62,323 bases of DNA, filler included, from Thermodesulfobacteriota bacterium (GCA_036381125.1; 4 parts of 4 records of this genome joined end to end with filler, not necessarily neighbours in it); one strand, 5' to 3'. Numbered from the whole stretch's first letter, positions 1 through 8,989 are shown. The notes: a model not told the origin generated them from the sequence alone. Numbers and translations are program-made.

Positions 1-980
1 AGGGGGAGCGCGAAGTTCCCGGCGCCGCAGTAGAGGTCGAGCAGTCGCACCCCCTCCCGCGGCGCGACGGCCCGCGCCACCGCCTCGACCAGCCGCGCGT
101 TCACGGCCGGGTTCGCCTGCATGAAGACGCCGGCCGGCACCTCGAGCGGGAGCGGACGGCCGCCCGGGCCCGGCACCGTGACCGTGAGCGCGGTCCGCCC
201 CCGCTCCACCGCCGACGCGGCCGCGCCGGCCGGCGGCTCGAGCCGCAGGCCGGCGAGCCCCGGCCACGCGGCGACGAGACGGTCGGCGAGACGCGCCGCC
301 TCTCGGGACGCGACGGCGGCCCCGAGACGGGCCGTGGCCACGACGTGCGCCGGGTCGTCTCCCACGGCGATCTCGACCTCGACGATCGGCGGCGGGACGC
401 GTCCGGCCGCCGCGGCGGCACGCAGGCGCTCGAACGCGGCCGCGACCGGCGGACTGGCCACGGCGCACCGCTCGACGTCGACCACCTCGTGGCTCGCCGC
501 CGCGCGGAAGCCGACCGCGCGCCGGCCGCGCTCGCCCGCGGGCCCGAGCGCCGCCTCGATGCGCGCGCGGTAGCCGAGACCGGGCGGGACCCCGGAGGGA
601 TCGACCGCGACGACGGGGATCTCGGCCGGCGCCTCCAGCCGGCCGATGCGCACGAGGGCGTCGCGCACGACGTCGGCGCGGCCGCGGCGCTGCGCCGCGA
701 GGTCGAGCGCGAGCCAGGCGCAGCCCCCGCATCGGCCCGCGTACGGACAGGGCGGCGCGACGCGGGCGGGCGACGGCTCGAGCAGCTCGACCACGCGCCC
801 CTCGAGGCGGCCGCCGCGCGCGGGGAGGAGCCGCACGCGCACGCGGTCGCCCGGCAGGCTCCCCGACACGAAGACCGCTCGCCCCTCGTAACGGGCGATC
901 CCGTCGCCGCCGCCCGCCATGCGGTCGATCACCACGACCGGCTCGCGGCCGTCGTCCGGCGGTCTGCTAGGATTGGGCAT
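1..980 (-). CDS. rlmD: 23S rRNA (uracil-5)-methyltransferase, RlmD/TrmA family (3' end runs off the window)
   Basis: Manual minus-strand translation: TRAM domain (GDGIARYEGRAVFVSGSLPGDRV), Fe-S motif CPYAGRCGGC, FMQAN, and SAM motif LLDLYCGAGNFAL. Absent from the ORF track because there is no stop in the window. Start uncertain (ATG 980 or a later codon). Confidence 0.88.
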   Translation of the reverse strand, partial: MPNPSRPPDDGREPVVVIDRMAGGGDGIARYEGRAVFVSGSLPGDRVRVRLLPARGGRLEGRVVELLEPSPARVAPPCPYAGRCGGCAWLALDLAAQRRGRADVVRDALVRIGRLEAPAEIPVVAVDPSGVPPGLGYRARIEAALGPAGERGRRAVGFRAAASHEVVDVERCAVASPPVAAAFERLRAAAAAGRVPPPIVEVEIAVGDDPAHVVATARLGAAVASREAARLADRLVAAWPGLAGLRLEPPAGAAASAVERGRTALTVTVPGPGGRPLPLEVPAGVFMQANPAVNARLVEAVARAVAPREGVRLLDLYCGAGNFALP

Positions 981-1686
981 GTTCGACTTCACCGGTCCCA
1001 TGGAGGCGCTGGTGGAGGACATCGTCCGGCGTCTGCCGGCCCTCGCGCACGTACGGACCGACCGGCTCCTGGTCACCGTGTCGCGCGCCAGGCGCGGCGG
1101 GCTCTCCGGCACCTACGCGCGGATCTTCCCCCTGCGCTTCGAGCACGGCGCCGTACGCACCACGCGGCGGGTCGGCCGCGAGCTGCACACGTACGAGATG
1201 CCGCCGCTCGTCTACGAGGGGCGGTCCATCCTCTACATCGTCACCTTCCTGCTGCCGCGGTTCCAGAACCTGACCTTCGAGCAGAAGGTCGCCACCGTGA
1301 TCCACGAGCTGTACCACGTGAGCGAGCGATGCGACGGCGACATCAGGCGGCTCGCCGGCAAGAACTTCGCCCACGGGCACTCGCGCCAGGCCTACGACCG
1401 GAAGATGGAGGCGCTCGCCGCCGAGTACCTCGCCCACCCCGGGCACCGCGCCGTCACCGAGTTCCTGAGGCCCCGCTTCCACACGCTCGAGGCACGCTAC
1501 GGCGGCGTCATCGGCCGGCGGCTCTCGCCGCCGGTGCCGCGCCTCGTTGCCCGCGAGCCGGCGACGCGTCGCGCACGGCGGCCGGCCGTCGCGGCGCCGC
1601 CCGTCCATCCGCCCGTCCAGCTCCCCTTCCCCTTCCCTACGCCCCCGCCGGCCCGGCGTCCCGGACGGCGACGACCAGGCACTTGA
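979..1686 (+). CDS. Putative HExxH zinc metallopeptidase
   Basis: ORF 919..1686 with probable start MFDFTG at 979; contains VIHELYH and a Pro/Arg-rich tail. Confidence 0.7.
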   Translation: MFDFTGPMEALVEDIVRRLPALAHVRTDRLLVTVSRARRGGLSGTYARIFPLRFEHGAVRTTRRVGRELHTYEMPPLVYEGRSILYIVTFLLPRFQNLTFEQKVATVIHELYHVSERCDGDIRRLAGKNFAHGHSRQAYDRKMEALAAEYLAHPGHRAVTEFLRPRFHTLEARYGGVIGRRLSPPVPRLVAREPATRRARRPAVAAPPVHPPVQLPFPFPTPPPARRPGRRRPGT

Positions 1687-2839
1687 GGTAGTCGGTCTCC
1701 GGGCAGCCGAGGAGCACCGGGTGATCCGGCGCCTGCCCTCCGGTCTCCACGACGAGGGCCGTGCGGCCGGCGTCGGCGGCGGCATCGCGGACGAGGTCGC
1801 GGAAGGTCTCGCGGTCGATGTGGTAGGAGCAGGAGCAGGTCACGAGGTGCCCGCCCGGGGCAAGGAGGCGGAAGGCCCGCCGGTTGATCTCGCGGTAGCC
1901 CCGCCGCGCGCCCGCCACCTGCTTGCGCGACCTGGCGAAGGCCGGCGGGTCGAGGATCACGAGGTCGAACCGCGCCCCCGCCGCATCGAGCGCCGCGAGG
2001 CGGTCGAGGGCGTCGCCCTGCTCGAAGCGGCAGCGGTCGGCGAGCCCGTTCCGCTCGGCGTTGCGCCGCGCGAGCGCGAGCGCCTCGGCCGACGCGTCGA
2101 GGAAGCGCACCTCCCGCGCCCCGGCCTTCGCGGCCCGCAGGCCGAAGGCCCCCGAGTAGCAGAAGGCGTCCAGCACCCTCGCGTCCGGGGCGAGCCGGTC
2201 GACTCGCGTGTGGTTCACCCGCTGATCGAAGAAGAAGCCGGTCTTCTGGCCTCTGCACGGGTCGACCTCGAAGGCGAGGCCGTTCACCTCGATGACGAGG
2301 GGGGCGTCGACCCGGCCGCGCACCTCCGGCTCGGCGAGCGGCAGCCCTTCGAGCTCCCGGATGCCGGCGTCGCGCCGCACGACGACCCCCTCGGGCGCGA
2401 GCGTCGCCTCGAGCGCCTCGAGCGCCTCCGGCAGGAGCCGCTCCATGCCGGCCGTGAGCGGCTGCACCACGAGCACCGCGCCGTAGCGGTCCACCACGAG
2501 TCCCGGCAGGCCGTCGGCCTCGCCGAAGACGAGGCGGTACGCGCTCGCCCCGGGAAGATGACGCTCGCGCAGTCGCATCGCGGCCGCGAGGCGCGCCTCG
2601 AAGAACGACCGGTCGATCTCGCGAGCCTCCCGGCTCATGAGCCGTGCGGCGATGAGGGTATGGGGGTTGTAGTAGCCGACGCCGAGGAGGCGGCCGCGCG
2701 CATCGGTCACGCGGACCAGCTCTCCCGGCTCGAACCGGGGCGGCCGGTCCCCGAACGGCGCGATCTCGTTCGAGAAGACCCAGGGGTGCCCCGCCTTGAC
2801 TCGGCCCTCTTCGTGTGGTCGGAGCGTCACGGTACGCAC
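1637..2839 (-). CDS. rlmI: Class I SAM-dependent rRNA methyltransferase, RlmI family
   Basis: PUA domain GHPWVFSNEI, ADGLPGLVVDRY, GQKTGFFFDQR, LDAFCYSGAF, DLVILDPPAF, PETDYLK; GTG start at 2839 inferred. Confidence 0.88.
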   Translation of the reverse strand: MRTVTLRPHEEGRVKAGHPWVFSNEIAPFGDRPPRFEPGELVRVTDARGRLLGVGYYNPHTLIAARLMSREAREIDRSFFEARLAAAMRLRERHLPGASAYRLVFGEADGLPGLVVDRYGAVLVVQPLTAGMERLLPEALEALEATLAPEGVVVRRDAGIRELEGLPLAEPEVRGRVDAPLVIEVNGLAFEVDPCRGQKTGFFFDQRVNHTRVDRLAPDARVLDAFCYSGAFGLRAAKAGAREVRFLDASAEALALARRNAERNGLADRCRFEQGDALDRLAALDAAGARFDLVILDPPAFARSRKQVAGARRGYREINRRAFRLLAPGGHLVTCSCSYHIDRETFRDLVRDAAADAGRTALVVETGGQAPDHPVLLGCPETDYLKCLVVAVRDAGPAGA

Positions 2840-2869
2840 GCCCGCATGGTAGCGTGGCCGCAGCGCCCC

Positions 2870-2969
2870 GGGGTCAGGCCTTTCCATTTTCCAGGGGGTC
2901 AGGTCTTTCCATTTTCCAGAGGGTCAGGTCTTTCCGTTTTCCAGCCGGAGAAGCGTCGAGGCCTGACCC
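2870..2969. repeat. 25-bp repeat cluster 1: three tandem copies plus a degenerate inverted copy
   Basis: GGGGTCAGGYCTTTCCRTTTTCCA at 2870, 2895 and ~2920; inverted ggagaagcgtcgAGGCCTGACCC at 2947-2969. Confidence 0.9.
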
Positions 2970-2989
2970 GCGGGACGATCCTGGCCGGG

Positions 2990-5455
2990 TCAGGAGATGG
3001 CGCGTGGCCTCGAGGCGTGCTCGATGAGGGCGCGGGCGGCGTCCCCGTCGGCGACGAGGCCGGGGGGGAGGTCGTCGGGCGCCTGGGCGACGCCCATGGC
3101 GAGGCGGGCGCCCAGCTCCGCCATCGCCGTGCCGAGGCCGTCCTCGCGCGCGGCCTTCTCGAGCCGGTCGGCGACGGCGCGAGCGCCGTCCTCGGTATCG
3201 GGCAGAAGGACGGCAAGCCGGGTCTGGCTCACGCGCACGACCTCGTCGTAGACGCGCAACCGCGAGCGGAACGCCTCGCCGAGCTGCGCCAGGAGCGGGT
3301 CGATGCGCCGGGCGGCCCGCGAGGCGAGGATCCGCTCCGGCTCGAGCCGCGCGACGATCACGCCGACGTGGCGGCCGTTGCGCCGCGACCGCGCCAGCTC
3401 GTCGGCAAGCCGCCTCGACAGGTACGCCGCCCCGCCCGAGCCAGCCGGTGCCCCCGGCAACTCCCGCGCCGGCGAAGGCACCGGTGCACCTGCCCGGACG
3501 GAAAGGTTCGGCCTCGCCGGGGCCGCGCCCCGGCGCGAGGCGGCGGGCGGAACGGCCGCCCGGGAGGCGCCAGGATCGGCGGCCGGCGGGCGGTTCGCGG
3601 CCGCGGCGGCCGCGGGCGGCGCCGACCGGGGCGACGGCTCGGCCGGCGCCGGCGCCGGCGCTCGCGCTCCCGATCGCTCCTTGAGCGTCTGCTCGACGTA
3701 GGCGGCCAGCCGCCCGAGGATCTCCTCGTCGCCGGCGCCGAAAGGGAGCGGCCGGAAGGGATCGTCGGCCACCTTGTCGGCGACCGCGATCGTCCCGGCC
3801 ACGCGGCTGTCGACGAGCAGCGGGGTGGCCAGCCAGGTCCCCTCGCGCACGGCGCGCCGCTCCCGGCTCGCACGGCCGGCCGCCTGCTGCTCCGCGGCGA
3901 GCCGCTCGCGCCTGGCCGCCCGGTCCTCCGGGAGGCCGTAGGCGCCCTTCATGGTGAAGCGCGCCCCCTCCTCGCGGATCCGCACGACGGCCACGTCGGC
4001 CTCGAGAACCATGGCGGCCGACGCGGCGACGACGCGCCCCAGCTCCTCGAGGCTCGGCGCGGTGAGGATCGAGAGGCCGGCCTCGGTGATGGCGGCGAGC
4101 TTCGTCGCCTTGCCGGCCGCGGCGGCCTGCTCGCGCTCGCGCCGCAGGGCGTCGGCGAGCAGCGGCTTGAGTTCGCGCGAGAGGTCCACCGCCGCGCCGT
4201 CGCTCCCCGCGGTGGCGGTGATGACGAGGACGCCCTCGACACTCGACCGCGCGAGGAGCGGAGCGGCCAGCACGAGCCCGCCCCCCTCGGGATCGACCAG
4301 GCGCCGCTCCCGTCGCTCGCGCACGACGGCCCCTTCGAGGCCGTGGCCGAGCGACATCCGCGCCCCGCGCGCCCACGGCGCGCCGGCGCCGGCCTGGCTC
4401 GTGCCCTCGACGACGAGCAGCTCCGCCTCCGCGTCGTACCGGTAGACGGTGCAGGTGCCGCCCGGCAGGCGGGCCGCGACGGAGCGGCAGATGCCGTCGA
4501 GGCGCTCGGCGAGCGACCCCTCGGCGTCGAGCCGCTCGCGGAACTCGCGGTACGCGTCGAAGCGGGCCGCCACGCCCCTGAGCCGCTCGAACTCCTGCGA
4601 CCGGGAGATGATCTGGGCCTCGAGCGTCGCCAGCCGGGTGAGGAACGCGAGGTCCTCGTCGGTGAAGGCGTCGGGATCGGTCCGATGATGGACGTTGAGG
4701 ACGCCGATCACCCGGCCGTCGCCCGCGCGCAGCGGGACGCAGAGGGCGGCCGCCACGTCCTCCCGGATGTGGTGCGCGCCGGTGAGGGTCGGGTTGGCCG
4801 GCCCCGAGATCCGAAGCGGCGTCCCCTCCCTGGCGACCTTCCCCGAGATCCCCTCCCCCAGCGGGACGCGAATCGTGGGGATGACGTACGGGTCGATCCC
4901 CTCGGCGACGCGGACGCGGAGCACCTGCTCCTCGGGATCGAGCAGCAGCAGCGAGCCGCGATGCGCGCCGGTGGACTCGATCGCCACCGAGAGCACGAGC
5001 GACAGCAGCTCCTCCTGGTTCGACGCGAGGTTCACCGCGCCGATGATCTCGGAGAGGCCCGTGAAGAGCGCCGACTGCCGCTCGGCCGACTGGTCGCGGA
5101 CCGCGGCGGTCGGGTCCTTGGTCCCCCAGAGCAGCCGCGCGGAGAGCGCGCTCATGACCGTCGCGCGGGGCGGCTTCTTCTGCTGGATCGCGGCGCCCGT
5201 CTCGGCGTCGTGCGACGCGTCGATGACGAGGTCGAGGTCGGGCGTCTCGGCCAGCGCATCGAGGGTCGGCGCCACGGTCACCTGGTACCTGGAGGCGAGG
5301 CGATAGCCGAGCGCGTCGAGCTTGAAGACGAGCGCGTCCGGGTTGCGGTCGGCGATGAGCACGACCTTCACGTTCGGATCGCGGTCGAGCACCGGCAGGA
5401 GGGCGAGGCCCTCCTTGTTCGCACCGACGATGGCGACCCTGCGCATCCGCGGCAT
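2990..5455 (-). CDS. Multidomain signalling protein: Rossmann-like N-terminus, GAF domains, degenerate GGDEF domain
   Basis: Start MPRMRRVAIVGANKEG at 5455; GAF signature (GEGISGKVAREG...ALCVPL...VIGVLNV...FTDEDL); C-terminal YLSRRLADELARSRRNG...RVYDEVVRVSQTRLAVLLP. Confidence 0.8.
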   Translation of the reverse strand: MPRMRRVAIVGANKEGLALLPVLDRDPNVKVVLIADRNPDALVFKLDALGYRLASRYQVTVAPTLDALAETPDLDLVIDASHDAETGAAIQQKKPPRATVMSALSARLLWGTKDPTAAVRDQSAERQSALFTGLSEIIGAVNLASNQEELLSLVLSVAIESTGAHRGSLLLLDPEEQVLRVRVAEGIDPYVIPTIRVPLGEGISGKVAREGTPLRISGPANPTLTGAHHIREDVAAALCVPLRAGDGRVIGVLNVHHRTDPDAFTDEDLAFLTRLATLEAQIISRSQEFERLRGVAARFDAYREFRERLDAEGSLAERLDGICRSVAARLPGGTCTVYRYDAEAELLVVEGTSQAGAGAPWARGARMSLGHGLEGAVVRERRERRLVDPEGGGLVLAAPLLARSSVEGVLVITATAGSDGAAVDLSRELKPLLADALRREREQAAAAGKATKLAAITEAGLSILTAPSLEELGRVVAASAAMVLEADVAVVRIREEGARFTMKGAYGLPEDRAARRERLAAEQQAAGRASRERRAVREGTWLATPLLVDSRVAGTIAVADKVADDPFRPLPFGAGDEEILGRLAAYVEQTLKERSGARAPAPAPAEPSPRSAPPAAAAAANRPPAADPGASRAAVPPAASRRGAAPARPNLSVRAGAPVPSPARELPGAPAGSGGAAYLSRRLADELARSRRNGRHVGVIVARLEPERILASRAARRIDPLLAQLGEAFRSRLRVYDEVVRVSQTRLAVLLPDTEDGARAVADRLEKAAREDGLGTAMAELGARLAMGVAQAPDDLPPGLVADGDAARALIEHASRPRAIS

Positions 5456-5463
5456 GCTCGCCT

Positions 5464-6414
5464 CTACCCCTTCGGCTCGATCACGCCGAGCGCGAAGAGG
5501 TCGAGCAGCGTCGGCTGGATGGCCGACGGGGTCGACGGCGGGGCCGCCGGCGTGCGGGGGGACGTCCGTTCGGCCGAGGGAGCCGCAGCCGGGACCTTGC
5601 CGGCGCGGGGGGCGCCGGGCGCGCCGGCCGGCTCGCCGGCACGGGGGGCGCCGGGCGCACCGGCCGGCTCGGCGCGGTCGGCGGCCGGCGGCCGGCCGAG
5701 CTCGTCGGCGGCGCGCAGCGCGTCGAGGAGCAGCTCCTGCGTGGAGCCCGAGAGGGTGCGGGCCGGGGCCTCGCCGCCGAGGACGATCTCGAAGCGCCCC
5801 TCGCTCAGCGCGAGCAGCGACGGCAGCGCGGCGCGCCCCGCGACGCCGGCGTGGACCGCGTGCACCATGCTGCCCCGCTCGAGGAAGAGTCCGCCGACCT
5901 CCTCGCCGGCCGGTCCGATCACCCGCACCGCCGCCGTCTTGCGGCCGAGGTCGAGGATCTGCGCGATGTCGACGAGGCTCATGTCCCGCAGGTTGCCGGT
6001 AATGCCGGCGTCGGGCCCCTCGTCGGCCGCCGCGGCGACCGCCGCCCGCTTGAGGACCGCGCGCACCCGGGCGACCAGCTCCCTCGTGTCGAACGGCTTC
6101 GGGAGGAAGTCGTCCGCGCCGAGCTGCAGGCCGTAGATCCGGTCGGGCGCCGTGCTGCGCAGCGAGAGGAAGATGATCGGGATCCGCGCCGTCGCCCGTT
6201 CCGCTCTGAGCCGCCGGCAGAGCTGCCAGCCGTCGAGGCGGGGCATCAGGATGTCGGTGATCACGAGGTCGGGCGGCCGCGCCAGCACCCCCTCCCAGGC
6301 CGCCTGACCGTCGGCCGCCTGCTCCACGTCGAAGCCGGCGCGGCGCAGCACGGCGTCCAGCATCACCCGCATGTCGCGCTCGTCGTCGACCACGAGGATG
6401 CGGGGCCGGCTCAT
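5464..6414 (-). CDS. Response regulator with DUF4388 (PatA-like) domain
   Basis: REC motifs ILVVDD, DLVITDILMP, FLPKPF; DUF4388-like ITGNLRDMSLVDIAQIL...G; Pro/Ala linker containing EPAGAPGAPRAG twice. Confidence 0.85.
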   Translation of the reverse strand: MSRPRILVVDDERDMRVMLDAVLRRAGFDVEQAADGQAAWEGVLARPPDLVITDILMPRLDGWQLCRRLRAERATARIPIIFLSLRSTAPDRIYGLQLGADDFLPKPFDTRELVARVRAVLKRAAVAAAADEGPDAGITGNLRDMSLVDIAQILDLGRKTAAVRVIGPAGEEVGGLFLERGSMVHAVHAGVAGRAALPSLLALSEGRFEIVLGGEAPARTLSGSTQELLLDALRAADELGRPPAADRAEPAGAPGAPRAGEPAGAPGAPRAGKVPAAAPSAERTSPRTPAAPPSTPSAIQPTLLDLFALGVIEPKG

Positions 6415-7292
6415 CGCGTCGCCCCACCGGCCTGCACGGGGTCGATCCTGAGCGTCAGGGTGAGGCGGTGCTCGCCCCCCCGCGGGTCGCGGACGACGAG
6501 CGGCACCTCCAGACCGCCGGGGACGCCCCGCGGCGTCCCGACCGCAACCGAACTCTGCGGTGCGTCCTGGGAAAGCCGTGCCGGCGAAGACGATGGTGCG
6601 CCCGCCTCGGCCGAGAGGGTTACGCGTGCCGGCGACGCCGGTGCGGCGCCCGGCTGGGCGGAAGAGGTGACGGTGGCCCGGGCCGCCGGCGTCTCCGGCC
6701 CGCCCTCCCCCTTCGCCACCACCAGCTTGGCCACGGCCGAGAGCGCGTTCAGGATCCCGCGGCCGTCGGTCGCCACCCCCTCGAACACCGGGGGGCGCTT
6801 GCCGTCGAGCCGATCGAGGAGCGTCTTGAGGATCTGCTCCGACGGCAGCGCGTTGGGCAGGTCGCGCTTGTTGAGGAGGATGACGACCGGAAGGGCCGAG
6901 AGGGCGCGTCCGTAGGCCGCCATGTGCTCGCTCAGCTCGCGCATGGCCGCCGCGGTGTCGCGGGCCCGCTCGGGCGCGGAGTCGGCCACGAAGATCACGC
7001 CGTCGACGCCCTTGAGGAGCTGCCGCCGCGAGCCGACGTTGGCCGCACCGCGGGGAACGGTGGCGAGTTGCACGCGGCGGTGCAGCCCGTTCACCTCGCC
7101 GAGGTCCACCGGGAGCACCTCGTAGGCGGCCTGGACGTCGGTGGGGAGGGTCTGGCGGACGATCTGACCGCGCTGGTCGGCTCGCATGCGGCGCCAGATC
7201 GTCTCGAGCGTGGTCGTCGTGCCGGCGCCCGCCGGCCCGAAGACCACGATCCGCGAGGTGACCACGCGCCGCTCGGCGCTCGCATCGGGCAC
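6411..7292 (-). CDS. MglA-like small GTPase with degenerate catalytic motifs
   Basis: RIVVFGPAGAGTTTTL, LATVPRG, LKGVDGVIFVADS, LLNKRDLPNA, FEGVATDGRGI parallel the MglA G1-G5 regions. Confidence 0.8.
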   Translation of the reverse strand: MPDASAERRVVTSRIVVFGPAGAGTTTTLETIWRRMRADQRGQIVRQTLPTDVQAAYEVLPVDLGEVNGLHRRVQLATVPRGAANVGSRRQLLKGVDGVIFVADSAPERARDTAAAMRELSEHMAAYGRALSALPVVILLNKRDLPNALPSEQILKTLLDRLDGKRPPVFEGVATDGRGILNALSAVAKLVVAKGEGGPETPAARATVTSSAQPGAAPASPARVTLSAEAGAPSSSPARLSQDAPQSSVAVGTPRGVPGGLEVPLVVRDPRGGEHRLTLTLRIDPVQAGGATR

Positions 7293-7304
7293 GGTCCGGC
7301 CGGC

Positions 7305-8537
7305 CTAGTGGCCGCCTCCGAACGCCGCCTGCTCTCTCTGCTTCTGGCGCTCGGCTTTGGCCTGCATCATGCGGCGGGCGGCGGTGGCGATGGCGCCCGA
7401 GACGTTCTTGCTCTTGGCGATCGCGGCGACGTCCTTCTCCTGGAGGGTGTTGAGGCAGCGCATCGCGATGTCGTTCGGCACGCGCGGGTTGCCGGCGAGC
7501 GCGAGGCGGACCGCGTAGAGCTTCATGAAGTCCTTGTTCTGGGCGATGAGGCGGAAGACCTCGGTCGAGAGGTTGCGCGAGTTCGCGAAGGCGATGATCT
7601 CGGTCTCGGTCACCTTCGGGCTCTTGACCACCGAGCCGCAGACCAGCTTGTTGGGGTCCTTGACGAGGAGCCCGCGCGCCTCCTTGTTGCCCTTGAAGGC
7701 GAGCTGGATCTTCTGCGACACGTTCATCTGGAGGATCTGCTTGTAGAGGCTCTCGTGCTGCGGCGAGCCCTCGTCGAGCGGCTGGTCGGACTCCTCCGTC
7801 AGGGCGCGGTCGAACTGGACGCCCGTGTCCTCGCCGGCGGCAAGCCGCGCCACCAGCGCCTGGGCGTCCGCCTCGGAGAGGTCCCCCCCCTGCGACGGGT
7901 CCTGGGTCGGCCGTGCCGAATCGGCCGGCGCGCCGGCCTGCGAAGGCGCCGGCGACGGACTCTGCGGTGCGGCCGCCTCCGACCGCGCCGGCGACGAACG
8001 ATGCGGTTCGGCCGGCAACTGCCGAGCCGGCGAAGGCTCTGTGGCGCCCGCCTGGGCCGAAGGGGTCGCCCCCGCCGCCTCCGCCCGCGCCATGGCGCTC
8101 GCGATGCGGGCCCGGTGCGGGCGCGGGATCGCACGGTCCTGCACGGCGGCCAGGAGCGCCGCCGGCCGCGCGACGGCGAGCCGGGCGAGCGCGGTGTCGG
8201 GCACCTGCGGATGGCGCAGCAGCCGGTCGGCCACCGCCGGGTCGGTGCCGCGGACGCGGGCGAGGATGTCGAGGATGCGCGGGTCGGTGTCCGGGGCGAC
8301 CCCCTCGAGGAGCGGCGCCACGGGGCCGCGGGCGAGGCGGTCGCGCGCCGCCTCGCGGACCGCCGGGTCGCGGTCGGCGGCCAGCACGGCCAGCGCGGCG
8401 AGCCGGTCGGCCGCGCCGAGCGGCGCCTCGCCCCTGGCGGCCGCCAGCCGCGACGCCCTGGGCGCGTCGGGTCGGACCACGGCGAGCGCGGCGGGCGAGA
8501 GGAGCGTCTTGGGGGACTCGCCCGGCGTACCGTTCAC
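7305..8537 (-). CDS. Conserved hypothetical protein (helical N-terminus, low-complexity linker, well-formed C-terminal domain)
   Basis: GTG at 8537 overlaps the upstream stop (GTGA); C-terminal SLYKQILQMNVSQKIQLAFKGNKEARGLLVKDPNKLV has normal protein composition. Confidence 0.7.
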   Translation of the reverse strand: MNGTPGESPKTLLSPAALAVVRPDAPRASRLAAARGEAPLGAADRLAALAVLAADRDPAVREAARDRLARGPVAPLLEGVAPDTDPRILDILARVRGTDPAVADRLLRHPQVPDTALARLAVARPAALLAAVQDRAIPRPHRARIASAMARAEAAGATPSAQAGATEPSPARQLPAEPHRSSPARSEAAAPQSPSPAPSQAGAPADSARPTQDPSQGGDLSEADAQALVARLAAGEDTGVQFDRALTEESDQPLDEGSPQHESLYKQILQMNVSQKIQLAFKGNKEARGLLVKDPNKLVCGSVVKSPKVTETEIIAFANSRNLSTEVFRLIAQNKDFMKLYAVRLALAGNPRVPNDIAMRCLNTLQEKDVAAIAKSKNVSGAIATAARRMMQAKAERQKQREQAAFGGGH

Positions 8538-8989
8538 GACCAGAGACCTCCGAGCCTCGCGCGGAGACGGCCCAGGTGGCGGTTGAGGAAATGGCTGCGC
8601 GGCAGCCAGCGCAGGACCGGCTGGCGGCGGATGCCGAGCGCCTCGAGCTCGCGCAGGATGGCGGGGTGTCGCGGATCGACCGTGCGGCCCTGCCGGAACG
8701 CCTGGACCGCCTCGCGCTTGCGGCCGGCCGACAGCAGCACCCTGCCGAGGTTCAGGTAGTGGTCCGCGCGGTAGAACTCGAGGTCGACCGCGCGACGGCA
8801 GTCGGCGATCCCCTCGTCGGTCCGTCCCTCGTACAGGGCGAGACAGAGCCCCCGGTGCGACAGCGCCGCCGCATCTCCCGGCTCGAGCCTCAGCGCCTCC
8901 TCGAAGCAGGCGAGGGCCTCGCGGTGGCGGCCGGCCTGAAGCAGCCGCTGACCCCGCTCGAACAGCGCGTTGTGATCGACTACGTTCAC
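8534..8989 (-). CDS. Tetratricopeptide repeat protein
   Basis: TPR patterns ALACFEEALRLEPGDA and HYLNLGRVLL...AVQAFRQG. Confidence 0.8.
   Translation of the reverse strand: MNVVDHNALFERGQRLLQAGRHREALACFEEALRLEPGDAAALSHRGLCLALYEGRTDEGIADCRRAVDLEFYRADHYLNLGRVLLSAGRKREAVQAFRQGRTVDPRHPAILRELEALGIRRQPVLRWLPRSHFLNRHLGRLRARLGGLWS

Noticed and set aside
5598..5672. 36-bp tandem repeat in the response regulator
   Set aside because: In-frame low-complexity linker duplication (EPAGAPGAPRAG twice); not an independent element
1547..6136. Very long ORFs such as 1547..6136 (+), 38499..42605 (+), 40018..43755 (-) and 53003..56101 (+)
   Set aside because: Arg/Gly/Pro-rich shadow frames overlapping clear genes, as expected from stop-codon scarcity at very high GC
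2990..6427. 1145-aa fusion protein as listed in the ORF track
   Set aside because: The first ~324 aa are an off-frame overlap of the response regulator; the plausible start is 5455
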